A DNA stretch of 63,907 nt, counting the filler, from Octopus bimaculoides (Eukaryota), in NCBI RefSeq assembly GCF_001194135.2. It is 4 parts of 4 records of this genome, joined end to end, with 100 filler letters (N's around TTAATTAATTAA, not from the genome) between each part and the next. Parts side by side here need not be neighbours in the genome. Positions count along the whole stretch, not along the records: positions 1 to 29,063 come from NC_068983.1; 3 more parts are not named here. One strand, written 5' to 3'. The translations under genes and the position numbers were made by a program. Within the stretch, counting starts at the first letter, position 1, and the number at the start of each line of letters is the position of its first letter. A model generated the notes under the pieces. That model saw only the letters and a list, made by a program, of their open reading frames with translations. It made no database searches and had not been told where the DNA came from. Shown piece after piece: positions 1 to 11,975 of the stretch.

Positions 1-6
1 TATCTA

Positions 7-39
<33 letters not shown>

Positions 40-96
40 TTCTCTTTATATATATGTATATATGTATGTATGTTTGTGTGTGTATGTGTGTGTGTA

Positions 97-141
<45 letters not shown>
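1..141. repeat. (TA)n/(TG)n compound microsatellite
   Basis: Direct: TA run, then a TG/TATG run; explains the ORF at 70..300. Confidence 0.95.
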
Positions 142-143
<2 letters not shown>

Positions 144-1799
144 GTATAATTCATATGATATATATATGTATATTTTAAATAATATATTACATGACTTCAC
201 AGTTATCTTTAATGCTGGCACTCTACAAATAATGAATTGTAACCACAACTCCCACTTTTATTTACTGTCAAGAAGCATTAATGTTGCTATGAGACCTTAA
301 ATTTATAGAGGGAAATGGGAAGTAAAGTGTATCATGTAATTTCCAAGAGCATTATTAATATGAGAGAAACTTCTAAATAGGAATGTCGACTGAGTCATAT
401 ATTCAAATAATTGAAAACTCATTTTTACACCCTGGTTCTTGGAATGAACCCACATGTGAGCATAATTATATAGAAACATCTATGAAAATCTCGCAGCAAA
501 AATATTTATTTCTCTCCTATTAAGATAAGGCTACTATCTGTAATTTTCTTCGAGTTACTACTTTGAAAGAAATGATACATACTTATCTTCTATTATATAG
601 AACTTAAATCTCAGTGCACATTATAATGTCAAGATTCCAACCCAAATTTGAGTATATTTCTTTCTTTTTTCTCTTTGCCTTTTTTTTTTCTTTTTTTTTT
701 TTTTTTNNNNNNNNNNTTTTTTTTTTTTCTTTAGCTAATACTTGACCTCATGGAAATGAGATTCTTTTCAAAAGAAGGCAATCAGAATTGGAAATATCGG
801 ACTTCCCCACAAATGCTTTTAGAATTTTTTTCTTCTTAAAATTAACTCTAAGACTACCTGCTTTCTCTCTCAGACATGCATTTTTCAATAGAAATTTTTC
901 AACCTTTAGCACTATATTATTTCTTTCTATTCTTGATTCAGTTAAGAAGACTGACATGATTCAGAATAAGATTTGAATGTTTTGAAATAGTGAACAGAAA
1001 AACGTGCTTGTCTCTTTAGAAAATAATTAGTTTTGTTTCTATCATGTGGCAGAATGCATAACTCATGCAAAAATAAAAGTAATGTGAATGCAATTTCTTT
1101 AAAACAGATGTAATTGCATTTCTGTCAGTAAAAGGACATAAAAACTGTAGTCTTGATTGTGCACTACAGACAGTAGAATAAAGAACATTGAACAGTGACA
1201 TTTCAGCCAATTGAAATTCAGGCAGAAAGGTTGAACCTGATTCTCTTGAATTCATGCCTCATCAATTTAAAATCAATTTTTTACATGGGTTAGACATGTC
1301 TAGTATTCTGCGTTTAACTGTGGTCAAACTGCCCACCATACAGAAATGATCTAGGTGGCAGATATTCTTAATGTCACTAAAGATATATTAAGCTGCCAAG
1401 CACCAACTATTCTAGCTTGGAGCAAAACAGAATTTTAATTTTGATTGTTTGTTCTCCAAGACATGTTTTATTTATATATTTAAAAACTCTTCCTCATATA
1501 TATCCATCTATTTCATGGAGCACAAGTCTATGAATTTTCTGTTGCTTATCTAATTGACTGTGTTTAATTCATTCTAACCCAACTATTCTAGGTGATGTTT
1601 CTCTGTCAAGTATTGCATCATTTTTTCCTTTTGTATGTGTGTGTGCAATGTCGTAGCTTTTAAAGGCACATATAACTTAGCACATTGTATGAAAAATAAA
1701 GTTCTTTGTCACAACACAGGAGCAACATTTTCTTACATATATTTATCAATCATATTACACAGGTTCCTCTACATGATTGCTTGAACTGTTAAAAAAAGC

Positions 1800-2330
1800 A
1801 GCTAAATCTTCCTGAAATTATACCCTGCCTTCTTTAAAATGCAAGGACTCATGGTATAATATAATCCTAGATTACACAATACCCAAGAGAAGAACAAAGC
1901 TGGGATACTTTTGATCCTCATTGGTTCATTCAATGAGGAGTGACCTAGGGCTAAAAAATAACAATTTATACAATGCCAGCTTTCCTGATCGCACAAATTA
2001 TATCATTTTTACAATACAGCCATATGGAAGAGCACACTACAAATGCTCTGAAATAGACCAGTCTTATTGACTTTGAAATACTAGACTGTTTGATGATTTA
2101 AAGCTTGTTACAAACATTCCAGACCTTCTTCACAGCAACATAGGATCCAATGTACTCAAAATTTCTAAATTCCATTTGTTGTGCGACATTCTTGAAACAA
2201 TTTGGAATGTGACTTTCATCCTCATTGAAAGTCATGTACCTAGTCTTCTTTGCACTGAGAATCAGATCAATTTTAGCAGCAGTATTCTCAAGGTACAAGC
2301 ATCAGGTTTCTCATGAAGGTTCAAAATATT
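1800..2330 (-). mobile_element. Degenerate RTE-type LINE, C-terminal part of RT
   Basis: Minus translation LENTAAKIDLILSAKKTRYMTFN...FEYIGSY...KVWNVCNKL, then FRAFV / LPYGC-like and LALGH-like segments, in the order expected for an RTE ORF2 (...GL.IN.KKT.YM.FN...F.YLGS...AW.A.NKL...FRA.VE.VLLYG). Multiple stops and frameshifts. Confidence 0.7.
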
Positions 2331-2539
2331 TGCATCTTTGAAGACTTATGGATTTGGAGGCCTCTTACTTGAAAAACAACAGTAAGGTGCATTAAGCTGT
2401 AAAACAATACTTCATAACATATTCCTCTAACGTATGGTATCATAAAAAAAAAATCACAAGCAAAAGAACAAACACTCACTTCAAAGTCTTTTTGTTCCTG
2501 TTAGTCAATAATTATAAAGTAAACATCCACAAACCCATA

Positions 2540-2756
2540 TGAGGAGGTGCTGAAATGTTCCTGGCTCTAAGAGTATCACGAAAAGCTTGGTGTAAGGCCC
2601 AACCTTCTGAGTTCTTTTACAGGGTTAAGAAAAACTGAAGGACCGCTGCAATAAGTGTGTGAATCTGGGAGGGGAATATGTTGAATAAAATCCTAATTAA
2701 CTGATCCTCCTGTATTTTCTTTTACCTAAAGCCAGGAACCACTCAGCACCTCCTCA
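2540..2756 (+). mobile_element. Tc1/mariner MITE (217 bp) with TA target duplication
   Basis: TIRs tgaggaggtgctgaaatgttcctggctcta / taaagccaggaaccactcagcacctcctca; TA at 2538-2539 and 2757-2758; internal KLKDRCNKCVNLGGEYVE* is the typical mariner transposase C-terminus. Confidence 0.85.
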
Positions 2757-3719
2757 TATATATTCTGATCCAATAATTTCTGTTGAATGCTTTCATGCCA
2801 TTTACTTGGATTTATACTCCTCCAATAAGTTTGAATTAGATTCTAAAGTATTCCCGTTGCAAAACCTATAAATTCTCCCTTCTGTTTCACTTTCTGAGAT
2901 CGATCCATTGATACTTTCATTACCAATGTCAAAATTATTTTCACAATTAGAATTTGACACATTCTACTTGAATTCACTATCAGTTATGCTGATTTCTTTT
3001 TTTATCTGTTGCAGTCACCATTCCTTCATGTTCATAGTTACTACTAAATCTGAAGTTAATATCCTTTTTAAAAATGGGAAACTTACAATCTTTTTTTTAA
3101 TATTCACTTATTTCTTTATGTGTGATGACTCCATTATGTCACATCAAAAATTTTGATAATTATCATATGAACATTTTTATTGAAATGTTTTAATTACATT
3201 TTTAATTTAAAATTTAAATTTTTAAAATGCCTTAAAATATATTTTCCCTTCTTTAAAAGACTATTTAGAAGATAATTTTTATTGTAATATTTTCATTATA
3301 TTTTATTCTAAATTTTCATTTATCTATGTAAATATAATTTCATTATTATGTTACTTGTCTATTGTGTTACTCTAGTGACAGCAGAAGTAGTGACATGGTC
3401 ATGAACCAATGTACACTTGCAATAGGAGTCAGGTGGGAAAATGTTGAAAAACCTTTACACAATCTCAACTGTTACTTCTTCCAAATATCTCACTTTCCTT
3501 GGACAATAAGCTTGCTTTACTTGTGAGATATTTCTATCCATACAATCACTTCAAAGTCATTTTATCCTTGATATAGTCAAAAATTTCGAAACGAACATCC
3601 AGATATCTACTGAGTCAGTCTTTCCTGTAGAATGTTGATTTTCATAAAGTTCTTTAGTAACAAGTTTTTGCTTTATGTTTTATGATCAAGCAGAAAAACA
3701 AATGTTTTACATGTTACTA

Positions 3720-3915
3720 TGTTGTTGTTATGGTCTTACATCAACCTTGACCAAGTAAATCCAGGATCAAAGGTATCCCAACTGGGATTATCCTGTTTTT
3801 AATTGGTAGGGTCTCTAGGACTACAATATCTAATGTGTCCAACCCTTTTTAAGATGTTATGCTGTAATTTGAGATACATTAAGTTGTTATTTTTAGCAGG
3901 CTAGTGACAACATAA
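3720..3915 (+). repeat. Interspersed repeat family F (unclassified), old copy
   Basis: Shares aaaggtatcccarc, ctagractacawt and tttaaga...gatttg...tatttytagcagg-like blocks with 21860-22085, 37580-37800 and 62520-62615, and inverted with about 50450-50510. Confidence 0.5.
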
Positions 3916-3989
3916 TGTGTTCGTTATTGGCTCAATAGAAATAGATGATCATTTTTGTTATCGTTAAACTTGAGGTGCAATATTAAATC

Positions 3990-4235
3990 AAGTGTATTCA
4001 CAGCTGTTGTGAAGGAAAGACAGTTAAGGCAGTATAAACTGAATAGATGATATCTGCTGTGTGGAGAAAGTTTCATGGGTTGGTATTTGTAGTAAAAATA
4101 ATACAAAGAAGACTGAGATAACTGGGCCTCACAGATAAAATAATTCTATGGTTGAGATGAATGGAGACACAGTGAATTGCACACCTGTTCAACCCATGTC
4201 ACTATAAAAAGACCTGATGAGATTGTTATGGCATT
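3990..4235 (+). mobile_element. Degenerate RTE LINE 3' end
   Basis: VKERQLRQY, LGLT and RDEWRH motifs followed by ctgttcaacccatg...tgatg, resembling the 3' tail of family C. Confidence 0.5.
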
Positions 4236-5882
4236 GCATTCTGCTTTTGAATAAAACAAATTGTTGTACCTCTTTAGTTCATTTGAACTAATGTGCAGTT
4301 TATTTTAAATTGGGTTCATAGTTGAAATTTATTCAGTTCTAAAATATTTCTTTAAAAAATGCAAACACATATTCATATTTTTATAGCTAACACAAAAATA
4401 GGCAAATATGAAAAAGTAGATGCAAAAATATATACAATTGCTTGAATTCAACTGGTATAAATTTGTTTGCTTTGCATTAAGGAAGTGATAGCCTTATCAT
4501 AATTACAAAACACTGAGTCAGCAAATATGTGGCTATGGATGTGTTTATCAGTCATAGTAACAGAAAGTAGTTTATCACCCAACTGATTAAAGAAAACGAC
4601 TACATTTTCAAATCAACATCACAAAATACTTAATGGTTTTTGGGCTGAAACCCATAATAAATTACTCAAGAAACATCCAAAATGACTTCAGTACAACACA
4701 CCCATTCAATTTAAATGATATACTTCCATGTAGGATCAATTCTGTCATCTTGAAAGACCTGAACTCGATAAAGTCTGGTTCTTCCAGCAATGCTATTTCA
4801 AAAATTTAGTCAATGATCCACATAATAAACAAGGTACAAAACTTGTAAAATCATACAAAATTATCACTGATCTTGAAATGAACTGGACTGGACTTTGGTG
4901 ATGGCAAGCAGGATGTCCTCTTTTTCCATACATGTCAAGTCACTCAGTGCTGTTGCTGACACTTTCAGTGATATTCTCATTTTGGAAGCTGTGATCCATC
5001 CATCAAGTGCTGTGACAAGAGTTAGGAAAAGCAAGTGGCTAAAACATGTATCACTGCAAGACACATATATCTTGGAATTGGTAATGATAGGAACAATTAG
5101 AGTTGCTGTAAATCAACAAAGGTTTTTATCAACATCATCAGGTTGTTGGAGATATCTGAAGTGACAGGCAGAGTGGGCTCTACTTCATAACTATGGCAGT
5201 GAATTGGTTTGGCAGTCATCCATGGTAATGTTCTATGTGGCAGTGTGTTGTGGGATAATGAGAAAGAATTAAGACAAATTTCAAACCTAACCCTGTTAAA
5301 TACAATCACATGTAGCTTACAATGAACGTTTTTAGAGGTATTGATTTTCTTTTAAATATTATGAATGATATTAAAACTACCAATATTTATTGATCATTGT
5401 TTCAGGTATTTTGTTCATATTTCATTAGATTTTATTCCCTTCTGAAAATGGGTTTTTCATTTCAACTTTTTCTTTTGTTTTAGATATTAGGGACTATATA
5501 TATAAAATGTATTATTTTTTAGAAGAAATATGATCACCATTTAAAATACATGTGTAGCATTGCATTTGCTTTTGTCTTATATCTTGGTAGTACAGTACTG
5601 TATGCTAGTGCTCCACAACCTTTTTTTGCTTGCGGTACAATTATCTTCTTTTCAAAATTTAGCAGCACATCTAGACTAAAAATATANNNNNNNNNNNNNN
5701 NNNNNNNNNNNNNNNNNNNNNNNNNNNNNNNNNNNNNNNNNNNNNNNNNNNNNNNNNNNNNNNNNNNNNNNNNNNNNNNNNNNNNNNNNNNNNNNNNNNN
5801 NNNNNNNNNNNNNNNNNNNNNNNNNNNNNNNNNNNNNNNNNNNNNNNNNNNNTATATATATATATACATATATATATACACA

Positions 5883-5904
<22 letters not shown>

Positions 5905-5914
<10 letters not shown>

Positions 5915-6075
5915 CTTATATTATGGGCTTCTTTTAGTCTCCATCTCTGCTATTTACAAGGCTTTGGTTAGCTGGGGTTATAGTAGAAAACACTTGCCTG
6001 AAGTGCCACATAGTGGAACTGAACTTAAAACCACATAGTTGGGAAGCCAGCTTCTTATCTACACAGCCATACCAG
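5905..6075 (-). mobile_element. SINE family B, 5' half
   Basis: Reverse complement of the family B head (ggctgtgtagataagaagctggcttcccaactatgtgg...ggcacttcaggcaagtgttttctac), degenerate. Confidence 0.75.
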
Positions 6076-6079
6076 CTTT

Positions 6080-6790
6080 GAAGGTTATGTCTTTTAATGA
6101 CATTAAACTTTTAAATAGTTTTATCAGCTGAAAGAAATAGCAACATTCCATGAGAATAAAAACATGAATCTTACAGAATTTCATGTTTGTAAATGGCTTT
6201 CAGGCCTGGCAATTATTGTGGATTAACAACTAATTTAAAGAATTTGAATTTGCATCTTCAAGGAAAATTCAGCTGATACATATACTAGTGATGTATATTT
6301 GCCTTTGAAACAAACCTATGACTGTGGGAATGCCAGCTGGAGAGATCAAATGATACTTGTTCCTTTACACTTGGAGAGACCAAATCTACAAACAGCAACA
6401 TATTTGTGATGTGATATTTAACTTAAAAATATTATTTTCCCTCTAGTTTTGCTGCCATTCACTCACACACAAACCAAATAATGATCAAATGGAATTTGTT
6501 GAGATGCAATGTGTTTATCTATTAAGATGAAAATTTTATGTACAGTTGTACAGAAAATAATATCTTAAACTTGTACATTATTCCTGACAGATCATGCAAA
6601 GATATAACATTAATACTTTGGCAGCACTCATACATGTGAGCAACAATTTTCAAAAATGAAATACATGAAAAGCAAATTAACAGTACTCATTGGAAAACGT
6701 CGTAGTTCTGACTTCAGTCAGTGTTGAAAAACTTTTGAGTGCCAAACATCGTCAAGAGTCATGCTAATTATGTCCTTTACAACATTAATG
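6080..6790 (+). mobile_element. Fossil hAT (Buster/Charlie, GTF2IRD2-like) transposase, C-terminal half
   Basis: Collinear fragments FYQLKEIATF...KWLSGLAIIVD, NLNLHLQGK, AFETNL*LWECQL, QMEFVEMQC, FGSTHTCEQQFSKMKYMKSK and SVEKLLSAKHRQESC* match the motif order of Buster-type hAT transposases; stops and frameshifts present. A possible 5' TIR (tagtgctccacaaccttttt) lies at about 5606-5627. Confidence 0.8.
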
Positions 6791-6856
6791 TCAAGTTGAA
6801 TAAAATAAACTTAAACCACATTTCTTTTGTTTTTATTATTATTATTATCATCATTT

Positions 6857-7062
6857 GAGGCAGTGAAATGGTAGAATTGTAAGCATGCTGGACCAAATTC
6901 TTAGGTGTATTTCGTCTGTCTTTATGTTTTGAGTTCAAATTCCGCTGATGTTGACTTTGTCTTTCATCCTTTCAGGGGTTGATAAATTAAGTACCAGTCA
7001 AGCACTGGAGTCGATATAATCAGCTTCCCCTTTACTTTAAAAACTGCATCAAAATTTAAAAT
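6857..7062 (+). mobile_element. SINE family A (tRNA-headed), CpG-decayed
   Basis: A-box-like tggtagaattg, B-box gagttcaaattcc, then tttcatcctttcaggggttgataaattaagtaccag. Confidence 0.8.
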
Positions 7063-8257
7063 CATTATTATTACCTTCATTTATTAACTATTAAGTATAA
7101 TAGTTCAATAGACAAATATGGTTGGCCATCAACCCACAGAATTTACTCTTGATCTTTAAGGCAGCTAACTCCTTGTATTATGTGTCAAATGATTTGTCCT
7201 ACTTCTATGACCTGATCACTAACAATACCACTGCATCTGGAATATTGGAGTACTTTTAAACATTGGTTTCCTTCAATTTATTCCCTTTCATTTTGAATTT
7301 GCAGGCAAAGTGGCTACACTGTTAATTATGTAAATGTTAAAAGTTATTCTAAAACAATATTTGTAAAACAAAAACATCAGACATTTTAACAGTTCCCCCA
7401 AGATCTTTACTTTATCAACTATTAGAAAATATGATCTCTATTATACAGAAAATTATCACTAGCCAAACACTTTGTATGAGACCATTAGTTTGAAATTAGT
7501 ATAAAAATAAAAAATTACTTTCTCTCTCTTCAGAAAAATTTAAAGTGGCAAATAAGCTTCTTTAAATAATAAAACAACAGCTTTTATCATAGTTTACCAT
7601 AATACTTAACTGGATTTTAAAAAAATTCTTGAATTAATTCAAATGATGTTATTTTGACACAGATTTGTGTTATCAGCAAGCAACACAAGAAATAGTTTAG
7701 ATTTAATGGTGTCCTTAGAAATACCATTAGTAATGACTAGATCTCTCTCACTTAAGTGTATGCTAGTATAGGCTTGTTGATTTGTTACTCAAAGATGAAA
7801 TCTATGAAATATAATCGATTTTCATTGAAAAACATTCATCAAAATTTTAGATATGTTTAACCTGAGTTTTTGTCATTTATGTTGTTGTTATAGTTTTAAT
7901 GTTTTTCAATGTTCTGCTCAGATTATTATTATTATATTTTTTTTTGTCATCCTTCAAGTCTTGACATAGATAGTTTATAGAAGACCTTTTTTTGAAACTA
8001 TTGTTTTTATTTTTAATTTTGAAGAATTCATCAAAAAGTTTGGTAATCTAAGAGAAGTTTATTCAATTAATGGTCAGTCTAGTGGAGAAATAAATGCCTG
8101 ATGGCAATCTGTGTTTATTTAGGAAATATTTTATATATTTCTATACGTGAGTGTGTGCATGACTTAGTGTCTAGTGAAGGTAAGATAGTCTATAATATCT
8201 CATATCACTTTGTTAACTTCAATTTCAGCATAAAAAGCAATCTTTCTAAAATACTGG

Positions 8258-8575
8258 TTTCAAAATTTGGTACAAGGCCAGCAATTCTGGAATAGGAAGT
8301 AAGTCAACTACATTGACTCTATGGTTCAACTGGTACTTATTTTATCGACCCTGAAAGACAAAGCCATCCTCAGCAGAATTTGAACTCCAAGCATAAAGAC
8401 AGATGAAATGCCGTCAAGCATTTTGCTTGGCATGCTAATGATTCTGCCAGCTTGCTGCCTTGTTTCAAAAGCTAAGTTGACCTCAGTGAGATTCGATCTT
8501 AGAATGTAAAGAGCTGCTGGAAAAAATACCACAAGGCATTTTGTGAAATGCTCTATTCATTCTGCCAATCCAACA
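8258..8575 (-). mobile_element. Two overlapping partial SINE-A copies
   Basis: Reverse complement of the family A core (ggtacttattttatcgaccctgaaag; agaatttgaactc). Confidence 0.7.
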
Positions 8576-8819
8576 GCCTATTGATCTTGCATTAATATTG
8601 ATTTCTAACATAGGCACAAGGTATCAGATATAAGGTTTACCTATATCAATTATATTAACCTAGTAACTGAATGATAGTTTCTTTTATTGATATCCAGGAG
8701 TATGAAACACAATATTAACCTCATCAGTATTTAATACAAAGTGCAAAAAGAAATAATTAACTACTATAAAGCATTTTGTCCACTGCTCAATCATTTCTAC
8801 TAATTTACAACAATTTCGG

Positions 8820-8886
8820 TTATCATCATCATCATTGCTGCCACCACCACCACCACCACCACCACCATCATCGTCATCATCATCAT
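8820..8886. repeat. (CAT)n/(CAC)n trinucleotide repeat
   Basis: Direct; produces the poly-His ORF at 8776..8964. Confidence 0.95.
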
Positions 8887-9269
8887 TGTCGGTTTACATG
8901 TACTTTTTTTTACACTGGCATGGGTTGGTTGAGTTGTCAAATACTGAATTCAGTTTTCCTTTAAAGCTACTGGTTTCCTCCATGGGTTTTGGACCATGAC
9001 TTACTCATACAATGAATATGAAGTGAATATAAAATGAATATGTGTGTTTTAAACGTGTATCAAAACTCTTGTAATACTTTAAGACTTAAACACTAAGGAC
9101 AAAATCTTGCAGATACCCTGATAGAAGATATTGAAAAATGTTGGAAATGAAGCATAGCACATAACACCAAAAGTGGCATTTTAAAGAAAACAGTGAAACA
9201 ATGATGCTGAAGAATATTCTTTAAGTGTACTGTTAAAAGCCAGTATATCTTAGAGTTATACACAGTCTT

Positions 9270-9432
9270 CAAAATCACACACATTGTATATAGTGGAAGT
9301 ATATTTACAATCAAAAGTCCAAGGAAAAGAGAACATTTATGGTGAATTAATGCAGAACTTACAGCTCTTGTACCCTGACTATGTTTTCTCATTTGTACCT
9401 ATTATCATAGGTGTATTAGGTTATGCACCAAC
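9270..9432 (+). mobile_element. Fragment of a restriction-like-endonuclease (R2-superclade) non-LTR element
   Basis: IVEV...KENIYGELMQNLQLLYPDYVFSFVPIIIGVLGY resembles the RLE C-terminus (EK...Y..L...L..LYP.Y.F..VPI.IGALG). Confidence 0.6.
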
Positions 9433-9455
9433 AAAACATACAATCATATATTTAC

Positions 9456-9560
9456 ATACATGCATACATACATACATACATACATACATACATACATACA
9501 TACATACATACATACATACATACATACATACATACATACATACATGCATACATACATACA
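9456..9560. repeat. (TACA)n microsatellite
   Basis: Direct. Confidence 0.95.
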
Positions 9561-9564
9561 TAAA

Positions 9565-9720
9565 TATGTTGTGGGCTTCTTACAGTTTTCATTTAGCAAA
9601 TTGAATCAAGGCATTGGTTGGCCTGAAGAGAAAGTTGAAGACACTTTCCCAAAAAGCTGCACAGTGCAATTGAATGTAAAAATGACATAGTTGCAAAGCA
9701 AACTTCTTAACCAAAAGTGC
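9565..9720 (-). mobile_element. SINE family B, 5' half
   Basis: Reverse-complement similarity to 60608-60710 (gaagacactttccc...gcaagcaaacttcttaacca). Confidence 0.65.
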
Positions 9721-9725
9721 TATAC

Positions 9726-9769
<44 letters not shown>

Positions 9770-10504
9770 ACACACCCACACTCACATCTACACACAATCA
9801 CACATGCACNNNNNNNNNNNNNNNNNNNNNNNNNNNNNNNNNNNNNNNNNNNNNNNNNNNNNNNNNNNNNNNNNNNNNNNNNNNNNNNNNNNNNNNNNNN
9901 NNNNNNNNNNNNNNNNNNNNNNNNNNNNNNNNNNNNNNNNNNNNNNNNNNNNNNNNNNNNNNNNNNNNNNNNNNNNNNNNNNNNNNNNNNNNNNNNNNNN
10001 NNNNNNNNNNNNNNNNNNNNNNNNNNNNNNNNNNNNNNNNNNNNNNNNNNNNNNNNNNNNNNNNNNNNNNNNNNNNNNNNNNNNNNNNNNNNNNNNNNNN
10101 NNNNNNNNNNNNNNNNNNNNNNNNNNNNNNNNNNNNNNNNNNNNNNNNNNNNNNNNNNNNNNNNNNNNNNNNNNNNNNNNNNNNNNNNNNNNNNNNNNNN
10201 NNNNNNNNNNNNNNNNNNNNNNNNNNNNNNNNNNNNNNNNNNNNNNNNNNNNNNNNNNNNNNNNNNNNNNNNNNNNNNNNNNNNNNNNNNNNNNNNNNNN
10301 NNNNNNNNNNNNNNNNNNNNNNNNNNNNNNNNNNNNNNNNNNNNNNNNNNNNNNNNNNNNNNNNNNNNNNNNNNNNNNNNNNNNNNNNNNNNNNNNNNNN
10401 NNNNNNNNNNNNNNNNNNNGTGTGTGTGTGTGTGTGTTTGTGCATGTGTGTGTGTGTCTGTGTATGTGTCTGTGCATGTGTGTGTGTGTGTGTGTGTGTG
10501 TCTA

Positions 10505-10668
10505 TGTGTTTGTGTTTGTCCCCTGTTACCATAGCAGTTTAGCAAAAGAGACTGAGAGAATAAGTACCTAGCTTTAAAAAAAAATATTGTGTAGATTTGT
10601 ATGACTAAAATTCTTCAAGGCAGTGCTCCAACATGGCCACAGTCAAATGACTGAAACAAGTAAAAGAT
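10505..10668 (+). mobile_element. SINE family B, 3' half
   Basis: gtgctccaacatggccacagtcaaatgactgaaacaagtaaaaga 3' end. Confidence 0.8.
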
Positions 10669-11220
10669 AAATTACAAAATATAACCAATATTTAAAGACA
10701 ATAACATTGTGAGTTATTACACTAGAAGCAGTGTATATTCAGCTGAAACAGTCTTCTTTACATATCTTTATTTTCAGTTTTATTTTCAACTTGACTAACG
10801 TGGTAGTCTTTTATTTTTATTTTTGCTTTGTTTTTTTATTCATTTGCTTTAATTTACTGATTAGTTATTAAAATCATTATCAAGTTTTTGAAAATTTGTA
10901 TAAATGATTTAATATAATGAACTATAATTAGGATTTATGTTTGTCATTTGCCAAAATAAATTAGTAGTTTGTAATTTAAAAACATTTAATACAATTGCTG
11001 AGTGATAATAAACCCCTCAACTTTACCCTGTTATTCAGGCACAATAAGTCACTAGCATATTAACCTTATAAATTCTAACCAAAATAATTTTTTTAAATCA
11101 TGAAAGTAGTTAAAATGGTTTTGTTTAATTTCTCTATTAGTTGATAAACTAAAGTAATATTAACAGGCTACATCAACTACAAAAAACATACATATAATGT
11201 AAGGCTTCATTTTCACTATC

Positions 11221-11430
11221 ATTACCATCATCTTTGTTTAACATCTGCTTTCCATGCTAGCATGGGTTGGACGATTTGACTGAGGACTGGTGAACCAGAT
11301 GGCTACACTAGGCTCCAATTTGATTTGGCAGAGTTTCTAGAGCTGGATGCCCTTCCTAACGCCAACCACTCCGAGAGTGTAGTGGGTGCTTTTATGTTCC
11401 ACCGGCATGAAGGCCAGTCAGGTGGTACTG
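11221..11430 (-). mobile_element. SINE family C (RTE-like tail)
   Basis: Near-identical reverse complement of 59400-59610. Confidence 0.85.
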
Positions 11431-11769
11431 TGCTGATATGAAGATTAATGTATATTGGTGTATATCTACATTACTGTGCTTGTAGAGTGAAAAAGTATAG
11501 AATTAATCTTCAAGGAATCTTTATCAAGTTCTTCCTTCCAGTGTATTTGCTGAGAGGTAACTGTTAGTGGCAAGAATGGCTTGTGTAAACAGGCCACCTT
11601 TCAGCCCATACCTGTCAGCTGGAGGTCTCAGCTTGGAGCAGGCACTTACTTATCCTTGGTAGTCAGAGTAATACTAGATTTTTTAGGGTTTTTTCATAGG
11701 CTCTAGATAACTGTCCTCCTTTTGGAACATCTCATTTAATTCCTTTTCTATATTGTTGCTTTCCATGCC

Positions 11770-11975
11770 TGTTTTTCATGCTATGTTAAAAGCACCCAGA
11801 ACACACTATAAAGTGTTTGGTATTAGAAGGGCATCCAACTGTAGAAATCTTGCCAAAACAGACAATGGAGCCTGGTGTGAACCCTGATCCTACCAGCTCA
11901 GGTCAAGCTGTCCAACCCATGCCAGCATGGAAAACAGACATTAAATGATGATGAGGATGATGATGATGATGATGA
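11770..11975 (+). mobile_element. SINE family C, 3' part with (GAT)n tail
   Basis: gaagggcatccaactgtagaaa...ccaacccatgccagcatggaaaacagacattaaatgatgatg. Confidence 0.8.

Noticed and set aside
2760-3700. S/E/N-rich minus-strand frames as a piggyBac N-terminus or an exon
   Set aside because: Interrupted by stops, with no downstream conserved transposase motifs.
9691-10571. Long ORFs spanning N gaps (also 34559, 41884, 46356, 48714, 52575, 53450 and 60547 regions)
   Set aside because: They are open only because N codons translate as X and the flanks are dinucleotide repeats.
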